Shown here in pieces: positions 26,231 to 35,849 of a stretch of 64,000 nucleotides of DNA. The notes beneath the pieces were generated by a model. It did not search any database and was not told the DNA's origin. It saw only the letters and a program-made list of their open reading frames with translations. Numbering within the stretch: position 1 is the stretch's first letter; every line of letters starts with the position of its first letter. Both the position numbers and the translations under genes were made by a program. Source of the stretch: Vampirovibrionales bacterium (lineage in GTDB: Bacteria; Cyanobacteriota; Vampirovibrionia; Vampirovibrionales; JAJTHC01); contig JBKDRU010000010.1 in assembly GCA_046341215.1 (NCBI GenBank), forward strand, positions 12,983-76,982, given 5' to 3'.

Positions 26231-28453
26231 CTAGAATTCGTCAATTTCCTTTTTAATAGAGGCGACTCTTGCTTCTGCCCACTTTAAGGCTTCTTGAAGA
26301 TCACTTAGACTGGTTTCATTACCCGAACCGTAAGAACTCAAAAAGCGACGACGTACATAGTCGATATGTGCGGATCTTTCACTGGGATTAACCGTTTTAC
26401 CTGCATAGTTTTCCATTTGTGCAAATAGTGTTTCCGCCGCTTTTTCCTTAGACGCTTTAAATGCTTGCCCTTCAGGAGAAGAAGCCTCTAACTTACGTTC
26501 GTACGCTCCTAATGTCTCTATAAAAGAATTAAATTTGCTTTCAGCTCTTCCTACGTTATTGGCATTTAAACCTCTTGCATTAGGGAATTTTAAGCTTTCC
26601 GCTATTTCATGACTTTTGAAGAGTTTTCCTAAAATGCGTAAAGGCGAGGCTTCAATTTGAATAAGCAAGTCTTTTTTAACAGAATCAGGTACGGCTTGTC
26701 CTTTTGCATCAAGCAATTGATTGAGTAGTTGCATTGCTTCTGAACGAGAGGTTTTTTTAGCACTTTGATCTTGCAAGTGACCTGTTTTAACACAAGCTAA
26801 AAAGAGATTGGCGACTTGCTTCATACTCTCTAGGGGGACTTCTAAGTATTCTGCTACGTCAATGGGTACTGCTCCGCCGTTATTACCTTGTGAAACAGGT
26901 TTTGTTTTCAGCAAGAAGTTACCGCCATGTCCATCGGTCGTGCGGATGCGTAAAGATTGCATGCCGACTGTCGCAAGGGCATCTTCTTGCATAAAGCGGT
27001 GATACAATTTCCATTCTTTTGAAGTTAAATCGAAGGGATTGTTGGACATCACGGCATTTAAGATGACTTTAGACAAGTCACCAGGCCCTTCAATTTTGTC
27101 CATCACCACAATGCCGTAATCATGTCCATCCTTACCTTTCACAATTTCAGAAAGGTGAGGTTTAGGAGCCAAGCCTTCTATTACGCCCGCTTCTTCTTGT
27201 AAGGCACGAATGGCTTCTAGTCCTTTTACTTCATTATGGAAGTTGGCTCCTTCTAAAATAGCCCCCGCTTTTTCGGTGGCGGATTTTACAGCAGCGTCTT
27301 TAGACGCAAGGCTGGCGTCTTGTTTAGTCAAAATCGCTTTAATCGCTTCTTCAATCGCACTAAAATGGGTCATTAGTTCGAAATTACTGACCGCATTATC
27401 GGCTCGTGCATCGGCACGTTGTAATTTAATGGCAATCCCGTCTTGCAAAACAACAATAGCCGTAGACGCTTCAATTTTTTTCAAAGACTTTAAAGATTGT
27501 TTTTGAAGAGGCTTGTTCGGATTCTTTTTATTATAAGCGTCAATAGCGAGTTCATATAAGTGTGTAAAATGTTTTTCTTGCTTTTTAGTGAGCTGTACTT
27601 CTTGGCTTTGCAATTGAGAAATCGCCTTATAAAAACGTCGGCTGGACTCAAATGCAGCCTTTGCCTTTTTGATTTCTTCAATCGGGGCTTTGGTTTTTTC
27701 TAATTCAAGTACACGAGCGTGGGAAGACATAACATCTCGTTTAACGGCATCGGCAAGACCTTGTCCATATTTCTTGGTCATCGTGCCGCCTTTAGCGAGT
27801 ACATTCGCAATAAAGGAGAGATCCCTTGTTTTTAAGCTTTCAAAGTTTAAGGTGACACCATCATAAAGAGCCAAAGGTACTTGAATAAATTCTTTAATAC
27901 CTTTCGGACTCAATACATATTTCAGAATTTCCCATTTATTGTCTTTCGGTAAGTGGCGTAAGGCTTTTACTATACCCATCATACTTTCTCTGATAAAGGC
28001 ACCGTCTTTTAAAGTTGTACCTGTGTAAGTGGGTATTTTTAAACCTTCGGGTATTTTTACAGCTTCTTTACGACTATAAGCTTCTAACATTTTCGTCAAT
28101 GTTTCAGGCTTCATGCTTTTACTGATGGAAGAAGGTGTGTGCATAAACCACGCACCCGCCACACCTATCCCCACAAAAGGAAGCCCCACCAATGTAATTA
28201 AAGGCGTTAAAATCATCCACTTCCATGGGTTAAAGGGTTTCTTTTCTTTTTTCTTCACGTCTTTCTTTTGCTTGCTTTCAAAGTCTTGACTCACAAAGTG
28301 ATCTTCCGCCACAGGAGGATTCACTTGTGAAAAGTTGTAGCTTTTCAAGGACTCCAACGCTTGAGGATCCGACGTATTGGCTGGTGTTGGCAAAGCGGGT
28401 GGGTTTTGTGTGAGTGCGAGTCGGTTATTGAAATCCGTATTGAGTGCGTTCAT
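26231..28453 (-). CDS. membrane-anchored hypothetical protein with protein-kinase-like (ABC1/APH-like) motif series
   Basis: Start moved to the ATG at 28453 (SD AAGGA); the track ORF extends to 28549. One TM segment (WMILTPLITLVGLPFVGIGVAGAWF). Motifs occur in kinase order: IAIKLQRAD (VAIK-like), GIVVMDKIEG (hinge-like), TTDGHGGNFLLK (D.H.GN catalytic-loop-like), VPIDVAE (DFG-position-like). Confidence 0.4.
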   Translation of the reverse strand: MNALNTDFNNRLALTQNPPALPTPANTSDPQALESLKSYNFSQVNPPVAEDHFVSQDFESKQKKDVKKKEKKPFNPWKWMILTPLITLVGLPFVGIGVAGAWFMHTPSSISKSMKPETLTKMLEAYSRKEAVKIPEGLKIPTYTGTTLKDGAFIRESMMGIVKALRHLPKDNKWEILKYVLSPKGIKEFIQVPLALYDGVTLNFESLKTRDLSFIANVLAKGGTMTKKYGQGLADAVKRDVMSSHARVLELEKTKAPIEEIKKAKAAFESSRRFYKAISQLQSQEVQLTKKQEKHFTHLYELAIDAYNKKNPNKPLQKQSLKSLKKIEASTAIVVLQDGIAIKLQRADARADNAVSNFELMTHFSAIEEAIKAILTKQDASLASKDAAVKSATEKAGAILEGANFHNEVKGLEAIRALQEEAGVIEGLAPKPHLSEIVKGKDGHDYGIVVMDKIEGPGDLSKVILNAVMSNNPFDLTSKEWKLYHRFMQEDALATVGMQSLRIRTTDGHGGNFLLKTKPVSQGNNGGAVPIDVAEYLEVPLESMKQVANLFLACVKTGHLQDQSAKKTSRSEAMQLLNQLLDAKGQAVPDSVKKDLLIQIEASPLRILGKLFKSHEIAESLKFPNARGLNANNVGRAESKFNSFIETLGAYERKLEASSPEGQAFKASKEKAAETLFAQMENYAGKTVNPSERSAHIDYVRRRFLSSYGSGNETSLSDLQEALKWAEARVASIKKEIDEF

Positions 28454-28592
28454 GAAACGTATCCTTAAAATAATGTTAAAAAAGAAAAGCTTATGAGCAT
28501 AAAACCCAAGCCGTTTAAAATGATGCGAGTCGTTCTCTAAAAGATACAATTATGCTATAATAAGCCGTATTCCTATTAAGAAGGGGTTTTCT

Positions 28593-29339
28593 ATGACCGA
28601 TGCATCGCCACCTTTTTCACAAGCGGTTTTACCGCCTGAAGATCAAGTCGTTTCAGTTGAGGCTAAAGGTATCTCGTCTGTTGCTGTCCCTAAAACACAA
28701 GACGCTAGCGAAACGACTGCCAAGCCTGAATCGCCTCAAATCCAAGCTCCCTGCATTGAAGAGCCTGAAATCGTCGATGAAACGCTCGAAAAATGCTGGC
28801 CGTTTTTCTACACCGAAGGCTTGGTCTTGTTTTCACTAGGCATGGGATCCCTCACGCTTCCTGCCTTAGCAGGTGAAGGCTTCTTTCGAGAAATCGTCGG
28901 AGCCTTACTCATTATGGCAGGCATGATGAAGGGCATTCGCAGTTTTCAGGCTCGTGAACTACCCGGATTCTTGCCTAGCTTGGCTTCTGCCGTTTTAACG
29001 CTGGTGATTGGTACTTTGTTGACGGTGTATCCGCATGATTCGTTTTTGGACGAACGAGTCGCCTTGAGCATTTACTTTATGATTCAAACGGTGACGAACT
29101 TTGTGTTTTCGGGGCAGTTTTATGGGTATCCGTATGCAGGGGGCTACAAGTTTGTGTCGCTCAGTGCCTTTGTCATGCTGATTTTGCTCAGTTTCGGTTT
29201 ACTCAAGCAAGAAGCCCTCTTCCCTAGCATTTTCACAGGCACGCTCATGATGCTGGAAGGTTCGCTGGTCTTTGGCGTTGCCTTAGGCTTGCAACGCATG
29301 GCAAAGGGCTTGCCGTATTTACATAGTGAATCCAACTAA
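28593..29339 (+). CDS. hypothetical multi-pass membrane protein (possibly HdeD/DUF308-like)
   Basis: Acidic/Pro-rich N-terminus followed by 5-6 hydrophobic segments with Gly-rich spacing. The stop overlaps the recF start (TAATG). Confidence 0.35.
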   Translation: MTDASPPFSQAVLPPEDQVVSVEAKGISSVAVPKTQDASETTAKPESPQIQAPCIEEPEIVDETLEKCWPFFYTEGLVLFSLGMGSLTLPALAGEGFFREIVGALLIMAGMMKGIRSFQARELPGFLPSLASAVLTLVIGTLLTVYPHDSFLDERVALSIYFMIQTVTNFVFSGQFYGYPYAGGYKFVSLSAFVMLILLSFGLLKQEALFPSIFTGTLMMLEGSLVFGVALGLQRMAKGLPYLHSESN

Positions 29340-30583
29340 TGCTCTATATTGAACGGCTGGACTTATGGCAGTTTCGCAATTTCGCTCAATTGAGTTGGGA
29401 CGGTTTGAATCAGATCAACCTGATTGTGGGACAGAACGGGCAAGGTAAATCCAACCTGCTGGAAGCCATTTACTACTTGTCTCACGGACGCTCCAACCGC
29501 AGTAGCCGAGACACGGAACTCATCCGCCATGCACGAGGCGGTTTGCTCGATGCCACGGTGGACGATCCCTTTTTGGGGCAAGGCTCTCGTGTGGCGTTGC
29601 ATTTGCAAGGGGGACTCGATTTAGAAGCCCGCTTTCAGCCTGACAAGGTGACGTCTCCCACAGGGTTTACCAGTCAAAAATGGAAGACGCAATTTTTGAT
29701 TGATTCACAACGTTGTAAGTCTCGTAGTGAAATCATCGGGCGTTTGCCGAGCGTGTCTTTTTATCTGTCGGATTTAGATATTGTGCGAGGCATGCCACAA
29801 AGTCGCCGTCGCTGGCTGGATCTCGCCACCGTGCAACGGGTTCCCTTGCATTTGGAGCATCTGCAAATTTGGAAGAAAACCATCAGCGAAAAAAGTGCCT
29901 TACTCAAGCAAATGGACTTCCCCACCCCACAGACCGAACAGGTTGAGTTATTGGATGTGTTGAATCACCAACTGGCGGCGGTGGCGTGGCGTATTTTAAC
30001 AGGACGCCTTGAAACCCTTCGGCTTTTACAGACGCATCTGCCGAGCTTGTATCAGGGCTTGAGTCAAGGGCATGACGGTACACCAACTTTGACATATGCC
30101 TTGCATAATTGGACGGACGGTCTGTCGTTTTTGTCGAACCTAAATGAAGCAGAATGGGTGCAATCGTGTATTCTCCACCTACGAGAGGTGATGCCTCAAG
30201 AGTTGCGTCGGCAAACAGTGGCGTGGGGCGTGCATCGGGATGATATTGCCATTCATTTTGTTGAAAATGCCCAAAAAGTGGACGTCACCACGTACGCCAG
30301 TCAAGGGCAGCAACGCAGTGTGGTGATTGCCTTGAAACTCGCCGAACTGGCGATGCTGGAAGCGAGTTTAGGTCAATCTCCCATTATTTTGTTGGACGAT
30401 ATTATGGCGGAATTGGATGCGGACAGGCAAGCTCAACTCTTGCATATTTTTCCGCAGACGTCGCAAGTCTTTTTGACGACGCCTTATGTGGACACGCAAC
30501 ATCAGTTTCATGGTTTGCTTGCTGAAAAAAAGGAAAGCTTGAGTTCTTGGCAGGTGGAATCAGGGGGCATCCGCCTTTTGTAG
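29339..30583 (+). CDS. recF: DNA replication and repair protein RecF
   Basis: Walker A LIVGQNGQGKSNLLEAIYYLSHGRS, signature SQGQQRSVVIALKLAE and Walker B ILLDDIMAELD. Confidence 0.85.
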   Translation: MLYIERLDLWQFRNFAQLSWDGLNQINLIVGQNGQGKSNLLEAIYYLSHGRSNRSSRDTELIRHARGGLLDATVDDPFLGQGSRVALHLQGGLDLEARFQPDKVTSPTGFTSQKWKTQFLIDSQRCKSRSEIIGRLPSVSFYLSDLDIVRGMPQSRRRWLDLATVQRVPLHLEHLQIWKKTISEKSALLKQMDFPTPQTEQVELLDVLNHQLAAVAWRILTGRLETLRLLQTHLPSLYQGLSQGHDGTPTLTYALHNWTDGLSFLSNLNEAEWVQSCILHLREVMPQELRRQTVAWGVHRDDIAIHFVENAQKVDVTTYASQGQQRSVVIALKLAELAMLEASLGQSPIILLDDIMAELDADRQAQLLHIFPQTSQVFLTTPYVDTQHQFHGLLAEKKESLSSWQVESGGIRLL

Positions 30584-30598
30584 AATCTTCTTTAGTCT

Positions 30599-31114
30599 TT
30601 AAGCCCAATAGTTCGACGTGTAATACCCCGGTTCTTCTGGGAGCATCCGGTTTCTCCAGCCTTTGGGGGGAGGAACAAACGGCAATTTTTCATGCAAACT
30701 TCCCCATAGTCCGTTCAAACAACTGTCGTGATAGGGCTCATCCGCAGGGTCTGGCAGAATAGGAGGCGTCGGGGTCAGTGGCACAGGATTTACCCACCCA
30801 TCCTTGCTAAACAAATTTGCCGTAAAACGATTGCCATAGCCAAACATTCCACCCCAGAGGCCACTGTAAAGACCGCCCATGCCGTAGCCACCCATGCCAT
30901 AGCCGCCCATGCCATAGCCGCCCATGCCATAGCCGCCCATGCCATAGCCGCCCATGCCATAGCCGCCCATGCCGTAGCCGCCCATGCCGTAGCCACCCAT
31001 GCCGTAGCCACCCATGCCGTAGTCACCCATACCGTAGCCACCCATCATCATAGGATTCATCATGCCCGAACCATAACCGTTGAGCAAAAAAGGGTTCATC
31101 ATTAAAGAATACAT
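30599..31114 (-). CDS. Gly/Tyr/Met-rich repeat protein, (GGYGM)x11
   Basis: 171-aa ORF: MYSLMMNPFLLNGYGSGMMNPMMM-(GGYGM/GDYGM)x11-GGLYSGLWGG... followed by a Pro/Trp-rich, non-repetitive ~85-aa C-terminus. No obvious signal peptide. Confidence 0.6.
   Translation of the reverse strand: MYSLMMNPFLLNGYGSGMMNPMMMGGYGMGDYGMGGYGMGGYGMGGYGMGGYGMGGYGMGGYGMGGYGMGGYGMGGYGMGGLYSGLWGGMFGYGNRFTANLFSKDGWVNPVPLTPTPPILPDPADEPYHDSCLNGLWGSLHEKLPFVPPPKGWRNRMLPEEPGYYTSNYWA
30881..31045. repeat. 11 tandem copies of a 15-bp unit (GCCATAGCCGCCCAT and synonymous variants)
   Basis: Units at 30881, 30896, ... 31031. Units 2-6 (30896-30970) are identical. Outer units differ only at A/G (mostly synonymous) sites. Confidence 0.95.
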
Positions 31115-31355
31115 AAGACCACCTACTATTGAATCTTTTTATTTTTCTTCATTATTGCACACGACAGGCCGTTATGTGTAATGGACTTATGTTTATAAAA
31201 CAGGATGAATCTTTTTTTGGAACCCTTTTCAAAGAAAGTCAAGAAAAAAATTAAAAACTGTAACATCTCAGCCATGTATTTTTACACCATTTTTTTAAAT
31301 TTAGCCTATACTAGTAGTTAAGTTAAATAATTATGTGAGATGATGAAGGAGTCCA

Positions 31356-32405
31356 ATGATGATGTCACTCGCCGAAACCGAAATTAATTCAAAAGCCCCC
31401 CTCCAAAACTTAGAGAAAGTTAAGCTTGTGGAACATCAATTTGAACCGCTTTTGGTGGAAAATAAAAGTCGCTTTGTCCTTTTTCCCATTAAACATGACG
31501 CCGTTTGGAACATGTACAAACAAGCTGAAGCCTCCTTTTGGACGGCTGAAGAAGTCGATCTTTCTGAAGATATGGATCATTGGAAGAACCTCAATAATGA
31601 TGAGCGTCACTTTATTTCGCACATCTTAGCATTTTTTGCTGCCAGTGACGGGATTGTTAATGAAAACTTGGCACAGCGTTTTGCCACAGAAGTACAGATT
31701 CCTGAAGCACGTTGCTTTTACGGTTTTCAAATCGCCATGGAAAATGTTCATTCTGAAATGTATTCTCTTTTGATTGACACGTACATTCAAGACAGTTACG
31801 AAAAAAACCGTCTATTCAATGCCCTTGAAACCGTTCCTTGTGTCAAAACCAAAGCGGATTGGGCCTTGAAGTGGATTAATAATTCAGACAGTTTTGCTGA
31901 GCGCTTGGTTGGTTTTGCTTGTGTGGAAGGCATTTTCTTTTCATCGAGCTTTTGTTCGATTTACTGGCTCAAAAAACGTGGCCTCATGCCTGGTTTGACC
32001 TTTAGTAATGAACTCATTGCACGAGATGAAGGCATGCACACCGATTTTGCTTGCTTATTATATAGTATGTTGAAAAATAAGTTGTCGCCAGAACGCATTC
32101 GCCAAATTGTGACAGAAGCCGTTTCGATCGAAAAAGAGTTCGTCACTGATGCGATACCTGTTGAACTCATTGGCATGAACAGCCGTTTGATGTGTCAGTA
32201 TGTTGAGTTTGTGGCAGACCGATTACTGGGTGAACTTGGGCAAGCCAAAGTCTTTGGCTCGACCAACCCCTTTGCCTTTATGGAACATATTTCGCTTCAA
32301 AATAAGACAAACTTCTTTGAAGCCCGTGTGGGGGCATACCAAAAAGCAGGTGTGATGAACAAATCCACCGACGAGCGTAGCTTTTCGCTGGACGCTGATT
32401 TTTAA
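31356..32405 (+). CDS. nrdB: ribonucleoside-diphosphate reductase beta subunit, class Ia, eukaryote-like R2
   Basis: [58 protein letters not shown] (His ligand plus radical Tyr), [27 protein letters not shown] and C-terminal FSLDADF. Confidence 0.9.
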   Translation: MMMSLAETEINSKAPLQNLEKVKLVEHQFEPLLVENKSRFVLFPIKHDAVWNMYKQAEASFWTAEEVDLSEDMDHWKNLNNDERHFISHILAFFAASDGIVNENLAQRFATEVQIPEARCFYGFQIAMENVHSEMYSLLIDTYIQDSYEKNRLFNALETVPCVKTKADWALKWINNSDSFAERLVGFACVEGIFFSSSFCSIYWLKKRGLMPGLTFSNELIARDEGMHTDFACLLYSMLKNKLSPERIRQIVTEAVSIEKEFVTDAIPVELIGMNSRLMCQYVEFVADRLLGELGQAKVFGSTNPFAFMEHISLQNKTNFFEARVGAYQKAGVMNKSTDERSFSLDADF

Positions 32406-32475
32406 GGCCTTAATAAAAGGGTTGAATCAAGTGCTTTTGTCTTTAACGGCAGGAGATTGCTAGGGTTTGGGAATC

Positions 32476-33561
32476 TTAACGTGTCCTAACTGCTTTTGTA
32501 CCTAGTCCATAAAGGACATGCATAAATATGGCTAATAAGTCGAAGCCTACGGAGCCTGTCGTCATCGTTGGCATATATTCTGCCCCTGCTATAGCCATAC
32601 GGGTGGCGCTATTTTGCATTATTCGGGTTTGATTTATCGCACCTTTAGCACCATCTTCCGCCGTTTCTGGAATGTGCGTTGCGACCACATCAATTACTTC
32701 ATGAGCAGACGCCTTTGCTTTAGACTTCCATTTGCCTGTAAGTGGGTCATATCCTGTTTGCTCCCAAGCTTTTGCGGCCCATTCTAATAAGTCCTGCTCT
32801 CGTTCAAAACCAGCTTTAATAAATTCAGTCATGTTAGTCATTTTGTGTGAAATAACGGGCTCCTCCTCAACGTTTGAAATGCCTTCTACAGCAGCTCCAA
32901 GAGTAGTTGTCGCTTGCTCTAAAGCACCGTTTAACGTCGGAGGTGATATTGGAGGAGGGACTTCAATTGGTGCTATTTCCGCAACCAACGGCGAAGCATT
33001 ACTTGGAGGTCTCACTAATCTACCCAGCGTGGCATTATGTAAGCCTAATGTCAATTTTTCAAGCCAATTAAAGGCTCTCTCTTGACGACCTATGCCTGCT
33101 TGAAACGGTTCTTGAACGCCTTTTTGTGCGACAAGCACTATCGCCGAACCTGTCTTCTCTGCCCCCTGTTTAAGCTTTCCTAAGCCTGCTTGCAAGCTAT
33201 TTCCCACCGCTTCTGCGGCTCTTGCCACAGGATTTTTTTCTGGAACGGGGACGTCTTCCACCACCTCAAACAACACAGGCGTGGGTGGAATAGATGGAGC
33301 AGCAGGCTTAGACGCTTCCCCAAACAAAAAAGTCTTAATTTTTTGACCCACCCCCATATAAAGCCCTGTAAGCCCAAGCAGCCCTCCGCCTAGTAGGGCA
33401 ATTGCCTTGGTGGGAGAAAATGTTTTTTGATTTTCTTGGGGACTGGCTTTTGTATCTTTTTCGTTACGCTTCGACCCTACAGGAGCCAAGGCACCTTTTG
33501 TGCCTTTTGCTTTGTAAACTTGGGCATACAAGCTGGATTGTTGAGAAAGAGACGGTTTCAT
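32476..33561 (-). CDS. hypothetical single-pass membrane protein
   Basis: 361 aa. Basic, disordered-looking N-terminus, one TM segment (AIALLGGGLLGLTGLYMGVG), then a Pro/Ala-rich region. No recognisable motif. Confidence 0.5.
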   Translation of the reverse strand: MKPSLSQQSSLYAQVYKAKGTKGALAPVGSKRNEKDTKASPQENQKTFSPTKAIALLGGGLLGLTGLYMGVGQKIKTFLFGEASKPAAPSIPPTPVLFEVVEDVPVPEKNPVARAAEAVGNSLQAGLGKLKQGAEKTGSAIVLVAQKGVQEPFQAGIGRQERAFNWLEKLTLGLHNATLGRLVRPPSNASPLVAEIAPIEVPPPISPPTLNGALEQATTTLGAAVEGISNVEEEPVISHKMTNMTEFIKAGFEREQDLLEWAAKAWEQTGYDPLTGKWKSKAKASAHEVIDVVATHIPETAEDGAKGAINQTRIMQNSATRMAIAGAEYMPTMTTGSVGFDLLAIFMHVLYGLGTKAVRTR

Positions 33562-33759
33562 GCAAAATCCCTTAAAATAGTCTATACTATAAATAAAACG
33601 GCTCCAAGCATTTTTTGGAACCTTTTGCGAGCTTTCATATAGCCGTCTTTAGCGTTTTTTGCATAGTTGGCTATAAATGTAACCGTTCAACCATTCCCTT
33701 AAGTTTAACGTTCTTTAACCGAAGTACAGAAATAGCGGATGTAATAAAAGGAAACGCCC

Positions 33760-34398
33760 ATGTCTAGGTTTATCTCAAGTAAAGCAACCGCCTTTACACT
33801 TACTGAAATACTGGTATCTTTGTCCGTACTAGGGTTAATTGTCGCCTTTGCGGTTCCCAAGATCTTACACGCAACGAATGAAGCCAGCATGCGGACCTCC
33901 TACAAAACGACTGTTGAAACCGTTCAGAAAATTGTTTCTAATGGCATGCTCAACGCCGATTTTAACGAATTGACAGATTTCGAAGTGGCCACCTCAACGG
34001 ATGGATTAACCGCTTATGTTGGACGTCAAATTAACGGCACGCCTTGTGAAGACGGCAATACCACCAACCCCAATTGCCAAATGGAGTGGGGCACTGGGGC
34101 AGCTGTACCCACGGCGGTGGCAGGGACTTCGGCACGTTGGATTTTACCTTCTGGTGCAAGATTTTGGATCCCTGAGGCGTTGGGCGGAAACGGCTTGCTT
34201 CGCTTTAGAATCGATGCACGCATAGACGGTGAATCTACCAATGACTCAGCCAGTCCTGATTTGCCAGATCTCTTGGAATTGACCTGTAATTTAAATGATG
34301 CCACCGTGACCTTTTTGGGGAATCCTTTAAGGCCAGGGGAATGCAAGCCTAGCGATGCAAACAATCAAACAATTTTTGACGCCATTTATTTGCGTTAG
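33760..34398 (+). CDS. prepilin-type N-terminal domain protein (pseudopilin/pilin-like)
   Basis: MSRFISSKATA|FTLTEILVSLSVLGLIVAFAVPKIL. Glu at +5, Ala at -1. Confidence 0.7.
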   Translation: MSRFISSKATAFTLTEILVSLSVLGLIVAFAVPKILHATNEASMRTSYKTTVETVQKIVSNGMLNADFNELTDFEVATSTDGLTAYVGRQINGTPCEDGNTTNPNCQMEWGTGAAVPTAVAGTSARWILPSGARFWIPEALGGNGLLRFRIDARIDGESTNDSASPDLPDLLELTCNLNDATVTFLGNPLRPGECKPSDANNQTIFDAIYLR

Positions 34399-34509
34399 TC
34401 TGACACCCCTCATTCTTTTAAGTGGCATGAAACGTCGTTGCATTCTGAGGGGGTTTATAGGATTATAAGGCTACTTTAGTTTTCGTAATCTTCAAAGAAA
34501 GCCTCCATC

Positions 34510-35718
34510 ATGACAAAACAACGCCGCGCCTTCATCTTGGTTATCGATGCCCTAGGGGTGGGTGCCATGCCTGATGCCCCCGACTACAACGACAGCCTGA
34601 CAGCAAACACGCTCGCCAACATCGATGCCAACGTGCCAAGTCTGAACCTACCCACTCTAGAAGCCTTGGGTTTGGGACATATTTTGCCGTTAACGCACGT
34701 CAAAGCGGTGGAAACCCCTTTGGCGACGGTGACAAAGTTAGCGGAACGCTCTAAAGGTAAAGACACGACAACAGGGCATTGGGAAATGGCAGGCATCGTG
34801 CTTGAAACGCCGTTTCCAACGTACCCCGACGGCTTTCGGGATGAACTCGTGCAGGCCTTTATTCAGCAAACAGGCTGTGTGGATATTTTGGGTAATAAAC
34901 CTGCCAGTGGCACGAAAATATTGGAAGAACTGGGCGAGCAGCACCTTGAAACAGGCTTTCCGATCGTGTATACCAGTGCGGACAGCGTCTGGCAGATTGC
35001 CTGCCATGTGGACAAAGTCCCCCTTGAAACGCTTTACAAATGGTGTGAAATCGCTCGTGAGATTTTAAGAGGCGAAGATGAACTCTCTCGCGTGATTGCA
35101 CGACCCTTTGAAGGAGAGGTCGGTGCGTTTCGGCGACTTGGATCCGCACGGCATGACTATGCGGTGGAACCGCCTCGTGCAGGGAATTACTTGTGTGCGG
35201 TAGAAGACGCTGGCGGTCAAGTGATTGGCATTGGTAAAATTCACGATATTTTTTGTGGCGTGGGCATCACCCATAGTTTGAAAAGTCGAGACAATGCCCA
35301 TGGGCAAGCCCTGATGCAGGATCTCGTGGAAGGTAAAACCGATTTGTCGGCTTATGCCTTGGGGACGTCCACTTTTGAGCCGAACGCGCCACAACTGATT
35401 TTTAATAATTTGGTGGAAACGGATATGAATTATGGGCATCGTCGGGATGTTGTGGGTTACGCTCAGGCTTTAGAAGCCATTGATGTTCAGCTCAAGCCTT
35501 TTATTGAAGCGATGACCGCAGACGACTTGCTCGTGATTACAGGCGATCACGGATGCGACCCCACAGCTCCGGGGAGCGACCACACTCGAGAGTATGTGCC
35601 GTACGTGGCATACAGCCCGAGTTTGGCTGGTGGCGTGTTAGGCACGCTCGACGGCTTTCATCATGTGGGGAAAGTTTGCTTAGACTGGTTGGGGATCCAT
35701 CTGCCTATTACGAATTAG
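34510..35718 (+). CDS. deoB: phosphopentomutase
   Basis: RAFILVIDALGVGAMPDA, TTTGHWEMAG, NLVETDMNYGHRRD and ITGDHGCDPT match DeoB metal and phospho-site motifs. Confidence 0.9.
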   Translation: MTKQRRAFILVIDALGVGAMPDAPDYNDSLTANTLANIDANVPSLNLPTLEALGLGHILPLTHVKAVETPLATVTKLAERSKGKDTTTGHWEMAGIVLETPFPTYPDGFRDELVQAFIQQTGCVDILGNKPASGTKILEELGEQHLETGFPIVYTSADSVWQIACHVDKVPLETLYKWCEIAREILRGEDELSRVIARPFEGEVGAFRRLGSARHDYAVEPPRAGNYLCAVEDAGGQVIGIGKIHDIFCGVGITHSLKSRDNAHGQALMQDLVEGKTDLSAYALGTSTFEPNAPQLIFNNLVETDMNYGHRRDVVGYAQALEAIDVQLKPFIEAMTADDLLVITGDHGCDPTAPGSDHTREYVPYVAYSPSLAGGVLGTLDGFHHVGKVCLDWLGIHLPITN

Positions 35719-35849
35719 TGGTTGACAGTATTTTTTTTACACCCTATGATTGTATTTGTAAATGTTTTTGATATTTTGAAACGGCTTTAGATTTTTTAAA
35801 ATCTCTTGCAGTTTTTTGTCGTTTTACGCTTTGTCTTGGAGAAGAACCC

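Noticed and set aside
30728-31105. ORF-track entries on other frames and strands over the 15-bp tandem repeat (HAIAAHAIAA... and AWAAMAWAAM...)
   Set aside because: Any periodic 15-bp repeat stays open in several frames. Only the minus-strand GGYGM frame extends into non-repetitive sequence with a plausible start and C-terminal domain.
31356-32405. Class Ic (Chlamydia-type, Mn/Fe, Phe in place of the radical Tyr) assignment for NrdB
   Set aside because: The radical-site residue in HSEMYSLL is Tyr, as in class Ia enzymes.
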